This document shows, piece after piece, positions 13,323-26,100 of a stretch of DNA of 64,000 nucleotides; the first letter of the stretch is position 1, and each line of letters starts with the position of its first letter. Under the pieces are notes generated by a model. The model did no database searches and was not told where the DNA came from. It saw only the letters and a list, made by a program, of their open reading frames with translations. A program made the position numbers and the translations under genes. Source of the DNA: Octopus bimaculoides (Eukaryota); contig NC_068982.1 of NCBI RefSeq assembly GCF_001194135.2, positions 56,948,339 to 57,012,338 of the forward strand, written 5' to 3'.

Positions 13323-13364
<42 letters not shown>

Positions 13365-13868
13365 TAGGGTACCATAAACACAACTTTGAAGAAAGCAGTC
13401 TGTAAATACACTAGTTATTTTCAATGCAGTCGTTATAACAAGAACAGATGTAATTTCGTTGAGTTTTGAAGCGATAAAAATAGCAGAAGGTTTACATGAA
13501 AGATCCCATCTGGGCCATTAAATGGTACTAGCATCGTGGAATATTCTAAATGCAATAAGAAGCAAACAAAATGTGGCAGAGGAGAAGTAGAAGAAATGAG
13601 TTGGGGATCGAGGCACCAAGAAAGAAAGAATGGAGGGGATATTTATAAGAAAGGAGCAAGGACGGATCAATGCGTGTGTTCTAAAGAATATGGTTGTGAA
13701 TAAGGCTGAGTGTTTGTGGATGTGAATACACACACATACATATATATATATATGCACACGTATACATACATATATACATATATACCTACATATACATACA
13801 TACATACATATATACACATATAGATACTCATATATATATATATACAATTAAACCTTGGGAGAGGCATT

Positions 13869-13888
13869 ATGCCGGTAATACACATACG

Positions 13889-13980
<92 letters not shown>

Positions 13981-13991
13981 GTATATACACA

Positions 13992-14033
<42 letters not shown>

Positions 14034-14110
14034 GACACATATATACGCACATATACATACATCAATAAATGCACGCATATACACACATATACACGCATAC
14101 ACACATACAT
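13869..14110. repeat. Long (TA)n / (CA,TA)n microsatellite block
   Basis: About 90 bp of pure TA followed by mixed TA/CA. Confidence 0.97.
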
Positions 14111-14534
14111 CCACACACATATATACACACATAGAGACATATATGGTAATTGTTTGGACTAATTAAATTTGATGTATGGCAAAGATGCACGCTATAGCGT
14201 TGCCTCTGAACTTGGGAATTGGGATAATTTCGGTTACATACGCACCATCACACAAATACATAAAAATACGATTACTGAAACTTTGTATGTCATTCCTAAC
14301 AAACTCTACAAACCTCACATAGTCTTTCTAACTCACGACATATTCCTGCCATAGATTTGACTGTCTGCAGTACATATGCTCCATTTTGTTATCAGAGACA
14401 TATGATTTAATGTATAGACCTAAACAACTGCCACTGCTTTACAAGGAAAGTTACCCATGGCGTATAAAATCGAGTGTGTCACCAAGTATATTAAATATTT
14501 CTAATCACGAAATCTATGCGTTTTAGAATATGTT

Positions 14535-14790
14535 ATCGTTGTTGTTGTAATTGTTGTCGTCGTTGCAGCTGTTTTCTCATATCCTAGGTCAGCTCTGATC
14601 GAGTAGTCCTGTGTTCACAGGCATCGACCAGCAGCGGTCAATTTTCCACTTTATTCAATATTTTTGTGCTTCAGTCGGCGTGCTTCCGACTACATTATCC
14701 AGTATGTACTTCCCTTTAATGACGGCAATGTGATTTGAAGGAGATTTGATTGATATTACTAGCAGATCAAGAGGCATAGATGCTCACTGC
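14535..14790 (-). mobile_element. Dispersed repeat family F with (CAA)n tail; further diverged copies near 110-300, 2150-2260, 4690-4820, 9670-9765, 23170-23340, 35260-35550, 52360-52515, 56270-56400
   Basis: Recurrent motifs GATTTGAGGGAGATTTGGCTGCTATTTCTAGCAG, ACTACATTATCCAATGT and GATCAGGGCTGACCTGGGGCTAAACAACAA. Confidence 0.75.
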
Positions 14791-15453
14791 ATAGAGGCCC
14801 ACTCGTCGAGTTGTTCTTGCAGGAATGTCTAATTAGACATCTATCTTCGTTTATTACCGGTCGTTGGTTAGACATATGATGAAAACAAGTTTTGTTCCAA
14901 GACCCGAAGTTGTCCCTGAGCATTATGGACGGTCGCTGGGACGAGCTTTCGCAGTTTAAGCATAATCTTTGATCGCCGACCCGTGTTGTATTGATCAATT
15001 CGTGATAAGTATAACACGGTTCACAATTGAACGTACCGTGTTATCTTGGATCAATGATGAAAAAGATCAGTGATAAACGAAGATAGATGTACTAGAAAAT
15101 ATAGTCATGTAAAAAAAAGACGTGCATTTATTCTTCTATAACGCGTAACAATTTTGAAGCCGAGTGGCTAATATACCTATATTTTGTATTATTGAGTTTC
15201 CATAGTTTACATTGTAGCTGCAACAGTTTTTACTACACTGAGTCTATTTGTACAGTTCGTGTTGCCGTAGATAGAGCTTTTACTACCAATGAATAATTTA
15301 TTTCCAAAGTTATTTTCGGAGATAATTCTGTTCACTATCACCATTTGAGTTTGCTGTTTCAAGGAATCAAAAATCTACTTCATACATAATCGTACCTAAT
15401 GTCACATTAACAATGGGAGTCGGCAAGACTAAGCTTCTAATAAAAAATTATAT

Positions 15454-16050
15454 ATCCATCCATCTTTGCTTGAACTGGTTGTTGCATCTCCTCTTGCATC
15501 TCCACTATAGGAGTCTATCAAGAGCATCTCTCATACTTCCAGTTAGATTCCCGTGTGTGAACAACTGAAATTATGGATAATATCCAAATCATCTCATTCG
15601 TGGTATATCACTAGGTCTCCTGCCAGTTGCCTTGATGACTTCATGACCTCTCAATTCCGGGAAGAAGCGGTGATTCAATCTTGAAAGATTCCATGACTTC
15701 CGATCTACTCACTCTGCGGAGTAAAGTTACACCAGAGATCCTTTGACGAAATCCTATGTCGGCAGTTTGTATTAGGGATAGGAAAAACGTCTTTCTAGTG
15801 CATTTTACGTGTTAGTGGAATATTACTGAGACAAGTGAAAAAGTATTTTGGGGCTATGTTCACCAGTGATAGAGAGCAGAAGGTTTAATTGGATGTGAGA
15901 ATTGTAGATGCTAGCAGAGTAATGCGCCAGCTTCAGCATACGATCCTCAGGAGGGGAGAGGTTGGTGAAAAACCAAAACGGCTATTTTCAATTCGTGCTT
16001 TTGTACCTATGGTCATGAATGTTAGGTAAAAACCGAAAGAGTGTAATCGC
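15454..16050 (-). mobile_element. RTE-clade (Expander/Rex3-like) LINE 3' end with an inverted 5' segment
   Basis: 15454-15772 (-): IQTADIGFRQRISGVTLLRRVSRSEVMESFKIES..IERS, then GRRPSDIPRMR, ending in a (GATG)n tail. 15775-16050 (+): CILRVSGILLRQVKKYFGAMFTSDREQ..LDVRIVDASRVMRQL...YGHEC*VKTERV*S. Both match the RTE RT/post-RT consensus. Confidence 0.85.
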
Positions 16051-17008
16051 TGAACCCAACTACTTGCAGACGGTGTATCCCGTTGAATTCATTAATTTAA
16101 TTCATAGCAAAAGTGACAAAAAAAGGAAGAAAAGAAAAAGAAAGAAAGAACCATGATTGAGATGGAGATCACTCTTCTTTGTGACTGTGTTTCGCAAATC
16201 CCCAATAGCAATTAGTAACAAAATAATTCAGCACTATAAATCATATTCTAGTTCTGTGGTGAATAAGTTCTGTCATTTTAAATTAAAAGTATGTTAGTGC
16301 GTGTGCCACATTTTTTATAATTTTTTAGCCAATGTAGAACAGGCCAGTTTGTAACCGAAAATATAGTTCTTTTGTTGAAATTTAGACATTAAATGGTTAG
16401 TCGTATATTGTGTATATATGTGTACACATAAGCATATGTCACTGCATGTTTGATTCTGCGTGATTTATGCATTTGTAACATATATTCGTTTCAATATGCA
16501 CGTGACTATATGCACTTACAGCTGGCTAGAATTATAGAGTGTTCGACACATTTTCACAGGGTCATTTAAAGTTTATAGCTATATTTTATTATTTCATGTC
16601 CTTTCTGAGTTGGTGAAGCCCAGCTTCCCAAGATTGATGCCTAGGTAGTTATTTACTTATAGTTTATCCATTGTATCATGTCTTTATAGACACAGTATCC
16701 TCATGACATTTTCTGACAGCTGATTATTAGGTAGGCCACAATTTCAGTGTTAATTCCACAAAACCTTTGAAATTAACACCGAATTCCACAGATTACGTTG
16801 TTCTGCAGCCCTTTACTGTTTGTGAAATATTTTAGTATTTCTTTTTGCTAGATTACCAAAACCGTACTATCATTCTAAAATCTTCTGAAAACTGAGCATA
16901 CATGTCCTTTGATTTTTCTTAAATTTATCTAGATGTTTGTCACTTGATGCTTTTGTTTTCATGATTGATAACCCGACATCTCAATTTAATACTGCTGCTA
17001 AAACAGTA

Positions 17009-17499
17009 AAATATGAGAGTGCTACAGGTATGGCATCAGGTTTTGGAACAACTTATGTTTGTGAGCAAACTTTTTCAAAAATGAAATGTGTGAAGTCAAT
17101 ACATCGAACAAGGTTCACTGATGAACATTTGAAAGCAATTCTTACGGTTGGCTGCAGCAATCATAATGCAAATGTTGATGATATTTTGGAAGCAAAACGC
17201 CAGTTTCACAAATCTCATAAACTTTTGTGCTGCTTACTTTTTATGCAATTCAGCTATGTGCACACTTTTTCTAAAAATTCTAACTTGGTAATATTTTGGT
17301 ATTATTAACATATGTTTATTATTTTTATTATTTTGTGTATTTTATGTATTGATAAATAAATAGGATGATCGTCTTTATTTTTTGTGTACATTCAGTGTAT
17401 TCTATATTGTACTGAATTGAACAAAATATTTATCCGGCCCGCGCTTGGCATTCTTTTAGCTATATTTAGCCCACTATAAAAAAAAGTTTGGTGCCCATG
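17009..17499 (+). mobile_element. hAT (Charlie/SPIN/GTF2IRD2-like) transposon 3' end with dimerisation-domain remnant
   Basis: FGTTYVCEQTFSKMKCVKSIHRTRFTDEHLKAIL...RQFHKSH matches the hAT C-terminal motif FGSTY.CEQ.FS.MK..KS..R.RLTD.HL; terminus AAAAGTTTGGTGCCCATG resembles the Charlie-type right TIR (GTTTGG.GACCCCTG). Confidence 0.85.
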
Positions 17500-18842
17500 C
17501 CTTAGAATATTTGTGAAATAGCTTGTTTTCTGTAACGGGAAATAAAACCCGGATCTGAAATTGCTTTAAATTTATCAGATTTGTCATTTGGTACTGCTAA
17601 CCATATTTTAATAGGCTGTCTTCTTGACAGTGACATTTCCTCTCAAGCACAAATAATATTGACTGAATCAAAAATGATTGTACAAATGGATCAATGATTT
17701 AAAATTCGATTGTTATTTATCTGTAATATACTTCTATAATAACAAATAATCTGCCAAAAATTCAAAGCGAATCATTTCAAAATTACTACCAAAGTCGGTT
17801 GCCACGGTTTGTCAGCACGAACAGTCCGTTATTTCCTGCAGAAGAATGGTCAGGAACATAGACAACTGTAAAAAAAGCATTAAGAAGATAGATACGGCAC
17901 CCGAAACCAGCTCAAGGTTGTTGTGGTTGATAAAAAAAGACAGCAAAGGCAACTAATTCTTCTTTGCTGCACCAGTCAGGCGAAGCGTACAGGCTAAAGG
18001 ACGAAACGATTGTGACCCTGAAATACCTGCTGACAATACGGAAGAGATTCCAACATTGAAATGGATTCAGAAGAAGAGTATGCAGTATCTCTGAGTAGCT
18101 CCTGCAGTTTCTGCATTGGAGTAAAGCATCTCCGAAGTTTATTTCACCTGAATCCAATCGCATCTTCTACAAGATATCTGGCAGTAATGTATCAAGTGAA
18201 TTCATTTAGAAGTAATTGATGAAGCATTTAGAGAAGAAACAATCTAAAACGTTGCATTTTATTGTTACAATGTCAAGAACTACAACTTGACTTTTAAGTT
18301 TGCAAATCATAATGAATGAAAACAAAGGTTAAGTTATTTTATTGTATTAAATATTTTATGAAAATTAAACATTGCCTTAATTATATTCTATTAGAAGAGA
18401 GGAAAATGTCATTAACTTTTAATGAATGAATTTTAATCGAAGAAATCAGAACAGATGTTATTTCTTTAAAAACCATATCAATATTTTTAGATTTTATTTT
18501 TTGCCGTTTTACAATTGGCAGAATCTAATTGTGAGTGTAATGACAACCATAATGCAAAATTTTAAAATGAGGTAGAAAAATCATTGAATGATTACATATA
18601 TTTGCATATGGGGCATATATATAAATATTAAGAAACAAGGCACACTTAACACACACACGCACATAAAAAATACATCACACACAAATACATACAAGCACGC
18701 ATAAAAATATTAAAATAACTATTCTTTCATTTACATATGCATCTCAACCAACGGAGTAATTAATATAAGTTTACTAACAGATAAACAAGCATACCGATAT
18801 CCTCAGGCAGGTGGATACATGGTTCAATATATGTATTACGAA

Positions 18843-19064
18843 GGGCGATGAGCTGGCAGAATCGTTAGCACGCCGGGCGAAATACTTAGCAGCATTTCGT
18901 CTGCTGTTATGTTCTGAGTTCAAATTTCGCAGAGGTCGACTTTGTCTTTCATCCTTTCGGGGTCGATAAATTAAGTACTAGTTACGCACTGAGGTCGATG
19001 TAATCGATTTAATCCCTTTGTTTGTCCCCTCTATGTTTAGCCCCTTGCGGGCAATAAAGAAATA
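18843..19064 (+). mobile_element. tRNA-derived SINE, family B, full length with TSD
   Basis: Head GAGCTGGCAGAATCGTTAGCACGCCGGGCG..GAGTTCAAAT; central GTCGACTTTG.CTTTCATCCTTTCGGGGTCGATAAATTAAGTAC; 17-bp TSD with one mismatch (AATATAT[G/A]TATTACGAA at 18826-18842 and 19065-19081). Confidence 0.92.
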
Positions 19065-19797
19065 AATATATATATTACGAAATAAGCGTGTATATGCGTG
19101 TCATAGTTACGCATACACATTACACTTATATATAGTTATAAGTATATTTGTGATAATATATATGTACATATGGACGCGTGTGTAAATGTTCATGTAACGA
19201 CTCACAGCTTCCTTTTAAATTGTTTCTATTTACTTATCATTTGGTTCAAATATATAATAGTACAGCTAGGTAAGGTTAATGATAAAATCACCCCACACAG
19301 GGACTCCGATTTATATACATATATATATAAAACACGCAAAAGATATATCCACATATATACATATGTGTACACAAATATTCATATCTGTATACAGGCACAT
19401 GCCGTGGCACACTGATATGTAGAAATATATTTTTCTGTAAACTTAGACATACACTCAGACATGCACGCACCGGCGCACGCAAACACACACACATACAAGC
19501 ACATACTTGTATATGTATGTGTGTGTGTATACACATATAATACACACCTGTTAAGTAATGAATCGATTTGTTTGGCTAAACCCTTCAGAGAGGTGCCCCA
19601 GAACAGCCGCTGTCCATTGACCGAAGCGAGTAAAGGATAGAAGACAAAAATGATCTAATGTTCTAACATTTCCATCAGTTTACTGTCCTGAGTTGGTACT
19701 TAAGGCTATCGAGACACACAGGACGAAGAGCAAAGTTATCCTCAATGAAACTTAGAGCGTAGACAGTCAGAACAAAGACCGCGAAGTATTTAATGTT

Positions 19798-20183
19798 TGT
19801 TTGTTGGCACTCCGTCGCTTACGACGTCGAGGGTTCCAGTTGATCCGATCAACGGAACAGCCTGCTCGTGAAATTAACGTGCAAGTGGCTGAGCACTCCA
19901 CAGACACGTGTACCCTTAACGTAGTTCTCGGGGATATTCAGCGTGACACAGTGTGGCAAGGCTGTCCCTTTGAATTACAGGCACAACAGAAACAGAAAGT
20001 AAGAGTGAGAGAAATTTGTGGTGAAAGAGTACAGCAGGGTTCGCCACCATCCCCTGCCGGAGCCTCGTGGAGCTTTTTAGGTGTTTTCGCTCAATAAACA
20101 CTCACAACGCCCGGTCTGGGAATCGAAACCGCGATCCTATGACCGCGAGTCCGCTGCCCTAACCACTGGGCCATTGCACCTCC
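19798..20183 (-). mobile_element. tRNA-derived SINE, family C, young full-length copy with TSD
   Basis: A box TGGCCCAGTGG and B box GTTTCGATTCC; tail GGAGTGCCAACAAACA; perfect 10-bp TSD ATTTAATGTT at 19788-19797 and 20184-20193. A decayed tail copy lies at about 23035-23125 (+). Confidence 0.92.
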
Positions 20184-20370
20184 ATTTAATGTTACGCCCT
20201 AACCAGACCACTTGAGAATTTCACCGATTTATAAAGAAAGAACAGCCAAATTTCTCTCAAATTGTATGCTCTCCTCTCAAAAATGAGTGTAATTGCCACG
20301 TTTGGTAGACTTTTAACTATATGCTCGTTCGATAAGTGGTGTCCTTTGCTTCCATTAGATTAGAATTGTT

Positions 20371-20740
20371 TTATTCTTTTATCTTTTACATGTCTCACTC
20401 TTTTGACTGTGGCTATGACGAAGCACTGCCTTTGAGGTTTTAAGGGAACAAACCGGCCCCCAGCATTTATGTTAAAACCTCATACTTATTCGATTGGTTC
20501 CATTTTACCGAGTCGCAAACTTACGAGAGCTTAAACAACACCGGTTGTCAAGCGGTGGTGGGGAATAAATACGACGGGCGTCTTTCAGTTTCCGTCTACC
20601 AAATTCATTCGCAAGGCTTCGGCTTCAATTGGTCCGAGGCTGTAGTAGAAGAAACTTATCCAAGGTGCCGCGCAGTAGGACTGAACCCAAGATAACATGG
20701 TTGGAAAGCAAGCTTCTTACTACACAGTCATATCTGCGCC
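20371..20740 (-). mobile_element. SINE family A, diverged copy lacking the microsatellite expansion
   Basis: Family A motifs throughout. Confidence 0.85.
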
Positions 20741-21567
20741 TTGATAATTTTTTCTCCCCCCCCCCCACCACTTAACAGTGTTCAGAAACGCATCGAAGTT
20801 ATGTCATATGCATCCGTTTCCGAGTGTCAGTTCTTAATAAACACCAATTCGTAATTACACACTCAATTGATAATGGACTGACAAACGTTGTAAACAGATG
20901 CATTTACAATAACAACATAATTACAGCGTTAAACATAAACACATGTCTGTACATTTACTTTAAGTCATTAATGCGAGAGACGAAAACTGTTCAGCTGTAT
21001 AACTGTTATCAAAAACAAAACTAGGTATCTGCCTGGTGGTAGAGACCAAAACTTATCTATAACGCTTTACACATGACAGTTATGTAAGAGATTTTCTCGA
21101 GAGACAGGATGGAAAGGCTAGAATTTATGTTAAAGCTGTGTACTCGTGCGCAGGCACGGCTTATGATTAAGAAGTTTATTTTGTAATTGCGTGGTTCCGG
21201 GTACGTTTCCACCTCACAACAAATGCCTTCTACCTTAATTCCGGTTTTAACTTCTGAATTTGATTGATAGAAATTATACAACGGTGAATGTTCAACCCTA
21301 TGTTATAGGCATTCTCTCGTTACTCTCATAAATGCAGTGAACTAGTGATTGATCCGTTGTATATCAGTAATCAATAACACTAATATCCACGTATTTCAAT
21401 ATAAAATAATTACACATATGTTTAAATAAATACATATTGAATATATTAGTTAGGTATACAAACGCATTTGCAATAATCTTGCTCTATCTTGAATAGCTCG
21501 ACTAGTTTCACTGTATGAGGAAATCTTCCTGTTACATAAACAAAATACCAGTATTACGCTGGTGTCA

Positions 21568-21756
21568 GACAGTGAGCTGGCTGAAACGTTAGCACGCCGG
21601 GCAAAATGCTTAGCGGCATTTCGTCCGTCGTTATGTTCCAAGTTCAAATTCTCCCGAAGTCGATAAAATAAGTACCAGCTGAGTATTGGGGTAGATGTAA
21701 TCGACTTATCCCCTCCCCTAAAATTTCTGGCCTTGTGCCAATATTTGAAACCTATT
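21568..21756 (+). mobile_element. SINE family B copy, internally deleted
   Basis: GAGCTGGCTGAAACGTTAGCACGCCGGGCAAAATGCTTAGCGG head; GTCGATAAAATAAGTACCAG core. Confidence 0.85.
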
Positions 21757-24693
21757 TTATACTGGCGTGTTGATACATGACCAGAGATAGTATGATGTTT
21801 CGTTGGTACTCCATTTGTCCATCCTGGAAGGATGAAAGGTGAAGTTCATCAACGTTTGAAGCAGAACTAACTCAGTATTGCAATTTATTTAAACCACAGC
21901 TCCAGTTTTCACCCACATAATCTAATTATCTTAATTCAGCTAGCTATAGTCATGTATAACACGCTGATGCAAAACGCACAGGCGCATTCTTTATTTCGAG
22001 GTGAGAAAATTGGAAACATAAGAGAAAAAAAAATAGTTAAAATAGTACATTCTAATGTTTTAATTCCTTGGTAAAAGAACCGACGTTGCTCTATAGTCTT
22101 AATTGTCTGAATACTGGAATCTGTAGAGCCTAGGTGGTACACAATGTATTGGGTTATATCTTCTCCACTGATGCTACATATGACTGTGGTACAAAGCTAC
22201 ACAAGAAGTAACACCTGTTGAGATACCTTCTAATACAAAGATCATGCACTTCTGACCTTGCTATGTATAAAACTAAGTAGTGGAGAAATGCGTTCAGTTG
22301 TAGTTGAAAATTCTTGCTAAAAGTGAAATAGATGTGGTATGAAAAAATCCCGTCTCAATTCCGATGAAATAGACCTATGATGAAATATATATTCCAATGC
22401 CGACACAATCACTTTTAAAGGTTTAAAGATTTTACAGAAACACAGGATTTCATAGAAATGTTAATTAGTTTCTTCAGTAATTTTGCAATGATAAACATTT
22501 GTGACTATCTATGATAATTGTTAGTAATTATTACCTCTGTTTTTTTTTTTTTATATTTTTCTTTCTTTATATTTCACACACCTACGACCTTTTATAACAG
22601 AAAAAACAAAAAGATTTAGTCTTTCAAAGAGCAAAACTATTCAGTCTCATGCGTCTTAACTGGAGTCAGCTGATATGCATGGATGCAACAGTTCTGCATG
22701 AATCGGTATTTTCGGACAAGCGACATTCTATAGCAATTTTCTGAAAACAGTAAATTCACTTGATTGTGTTTATTCTAAGTATTACTAAAAGTTTGGCAAT
22801 CGCAGTATGGCTAAATGGTTGAGAATTTCACGTTAGGGTTCGATCCCATTGCATTGTGTCTTAGATATGTCATTTCCTATAATCACGGCTCGACCATACC
22901 TTGTGAATTAGATTGACTACACGGAGAGAAAACGATTCCGTCAAGAGAATTGTACTTTGTAATACGATTACTTGAACAGGTTTTGTTGTACTGAGTCAAC
23001 CTGATTTTACTAGAAAATTATGCTACGAACACAGATGTCTGTGGAACGCTCAACCACTTATAGTTAATGCAGGAGCAGGTAATTCAGTTGATCAATCAAT
23101 TGAATCCTCATCATCGAACGGTGGAGATTTATGAACGTCACAATCTAGATAAAATTATGCATTGCGTATACGAAGTATTGTCTAGCTCTGGTTGAGCAAA
23201 CCTATGATCAAAGATATTCCTAACGTGATCATCCTGCCTTTCGCCTAGTTACAATATACTCTAAACTACTTTATCTAATGTATCCCCGCTTTTTCTGTAA
23301 AATGATAAAGAAATAAGGTTGTTATTTCGAGAAGGTTGCAGGAACCCCGGTAGGTTTGTACAGCCGAGATAGGTCCCTAACGAATTTAGTCGGTTACATG
23401 CTGATAAATGATAATTTTTTTATACGTTAATTTATCAGCCTATCAATGCATGGTGGAGATGTGTATCGTTATTTTTGAAAATTTCAAAATCGATTGCTTT
23501 TTTTTTTTAAGAAACTACCTTGAAATTCAGAAAAACATGTTTATTTTTTAATTTCTAACTCTGATTTCCTTTCTTTTTCGAATTCATTCTTGTCATTTTG
23601 AAACTCTCTTTTGTAAGAAAATTAAATATATATATATATCATTTTACAACATAAAACGTTACTATGTCTCGAATTATCTTCTTAGATTTTTGTGTAAATC
23701 GTATTAGTTAATTTAATACAGGACACAGAATCAAAATTGGTTTCTAATGGACTTTTCTAGAAATATTTCTTTTACGAACATCACTGAATTTTAGGTTTTA
23801 CAGTTGAAGCAAGCACTTCACTTTGCATAATAATGTTACGTGATTTTAATTTGATATGATTGAATCTAATGAATATGACTAGCGCAAAATTAAGAGTAAT
23901 CTTCTTCTAGTAGTTATTTCAATTCAATTTGACATAAAAGATATTGAAGTCCCTCCTCTCTAAAAATCACAGCCAGCATACTTAAACAGAACAGGCAAGT
24001 AAAAAGCCAACTCCCGCGTAACATCACACATCGCTTAGCCTACCTCTGAGAGAGATAACAGCCTGGATCTAGAAGCGTATCTGCTTAATTTTTTTATTTT
24101 TATCATTATAGGAATGTATTAAATTATGTTTATGTTTCATTTGCTAGACATTTTAAATAGCGTCTAGTATTAAATAGCACTATTTATCTGAATTTTCTTA
24201 AATTTTTGTAATAACTTTTATAAACAAAGACACGAAAGGATTTGTTTGAAGATTCAGTCTACATATTTAGATTATATTTTCGATAAAGAGTTGAATGCAT
24301 TAAAGAAATTTCTCAAGAAATATGAAACGAGAGATAAGCCTCTTCAGTAAACTGATAACGTTTTATCAGATATTGGTTTATAATCGTGAGAACTCTGTGC
24401 ATGATTAAAGGATCAAGCTCGAGATTAAAGTAATTTTCTCTGTGGTAGAATCACTAAGAAAAGACAGATTATATCTTAGAGCTATGACGTCATAACATAA
24501 TGTAAGATTAGAACGCGGAAAACGATTTGAATACAAATAAACAACCTTCGTATAAAATTGAATTTTATTTTGTAATACTGTGGAAACTAGCTCGAAAAAC
24601 AAAGGAACAATCTTAGTTAATGAATTGATTTTCATTCTGTTTGAATTTCAGCTCACTTCATCCCACCTGAAACTTTCCTTTATATACCACAAG

Positions 24694-24728
<35 letters not shown>

Positions 24729-24856
24729 TCATGCACTATATTATGTGCTATAATGCAATACACGTTACTGAATGGATTATGGCTCAATATTCAGTTCACG
24801 TTGAATTCCTGAATTAAGTATTCCATACTTTACAATACATAAGCAACATATATCGT

Positions 24857-25178
24857 TTATCTTTTATTTATTTCAGTCATTAGACTGCGGCCATGCTGTA
24901 GCACCACTTTGAAGAACTTTTAGTCAAATGAATCCACCCCTGTACATATATTTTTAAACCTGGTACTTATCCTGCCCCTTTTTACCGAACCACTAAGTTA
25001 TGGGGACGTAAATACACCTACACCGGTTGTCAAGCGGTGGTGGGGAACAAATACACACAGACACACACACACATATATACTTTCAGTTTCATTCTCCGTG
25101 TCTATATAAAAAGATACTTGCCCGAAGTGCCACGCAGTGAGACTGAACCTGGAACCATGTGGTTGGGAAGCAAGCTTC
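24857..25178 (-). mobile_element. SINE family A copy
   Basis: Family A motifs; head partly deleted. Confidence 0.85.
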
Positions 25179-25354
25179 CAATATAGATCTTCGTAGACAA
25201 TTTCGTTCGAAGAAAGTTTTGTATATAAAAAAAAATAACATTATTATGTAAAAAAAAATCTGCAAATAATTTTTTGAGATCATTGACCGGTTGTAATGAA
25301 AGACGCGATATATCAATGTGTTTTCTCTGATAACTTCAACTTGATCTGTATGTT

Positions 25355-25391
<37 letters not shown>

Positions 25392-25814
25392 TAACACATA
25401 CGCACATACTATTTGATTTATTTACAAGAGATGTTCGCAGATTCACTTACTTATGACAGTAATTATCGGCAGGGAGAAGTAACCGGTGACCAAATTTGAT
25501 TGTGACCAAGTTTCTTCGGGCCCCGTTGGCGGGTCGGTAGTAATAATCAGTCACTCTTGGTTTCTAGCTCAGCCTCTCCCATTGGTTACAGACCCCCAAC
25601 AAGAAGCCATCTCTGCTGTCTCATTTAATGTTAATGTCTATATCCCTCTCCCTTTCTGAAAGTGCCAGAACTAAGTATGCTACACGTTGTGGGTCACGTG
25701 TTTTTACCTTTTTGAAAGTTGAAATTTTTACATAGGAGCACATCTTTACAAAAAAAATGATGCTAGCATTGTATTGTTTTCTTTTAGCTCTATATTTGAA
25801 TCAGCTTCTGAATT

Positions 25815-26100
25815 TACATTATTTACATTATTTACATTTGACGGATATTTGTCCTCATTTTGTTTGATGTTAACACAACGTTTCGGCTGATATACCCTCC
25901 AGCCTTCGTCAGGTGTCTTGGGGAAATTTCGAACCTGGGTTCTCATTCCTAACGATGTTACTATTATTATTATTATTACTATTATTAATCAGGTCGCTGC
26001 CGTGAATCGAACTCGGAATCGGAATCTTGGGGTTAGTAGCCCGCGCTCTTAACCACTACGCCATATGCCCGTGGGCATATTCTGAGTAAATCAATATTCC
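25815..26100 (-). mobile_element. Element with tRNA-like Pol III head, (TAA)n linker, hammerhead ribozyme and (AATGTAAAT)n tail
   Basis: A box TGGCGTAGTGG (26053-26063), B box GAGTTCGATTC (26004-26014), anticodon-like arm GGG-CTACTAA-CCC, perfect hairpin ATATGCCC-gt-GGGCATAT (26063-26080), hammerhead at 25872-25917. Confidence 0.75.
25872..25917 (-). ncRNA. Minimal type I hammerhead ribozyme motif
   Basis: Minus strand gacac-CTGACGA-a-GGCTG-gagggtatat-CAGCC-GAA-ACGT-T-gtgtt: core boxes, 5-bp helix II, palindromic ACGT helix III, GUU triplet, 5-bp helix I (gacac/gtgtt, one G-U pair). Confidence 0.8.

Noticed and set aside
10866-13424. Long ORFs of 140-475 aa
   Set aside because: Made of N-runs and dinucleotide repeats ([12 protein letters not shown]); not coding.
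17116-17135. CTGATGA...GAAA inside the hAT fragment (and similar hits at 40329 and 61575)
   Set aside because: No helix II pairing; not hammerheads.
17830-18210. Possible pogo DDE_1 C-terminal remnant (FISPESNRIF vs SPE.IRP)
   Set aside because: Single weak motif in a heavily interrupted frame.
24483-24494. Palindrome TATGACGTCATA (CRE)
   Set aside because: No promoter context; such palindromes are common in decayed DNA transposons.
19798-26080. tRNA-like sequences at 20110-20183 and 25990-26070 (also 55320-55393) as tRNA genes
   Set aside because: No complete acceptor stem, and each runs into a repeat body; these are SINE-type heads.
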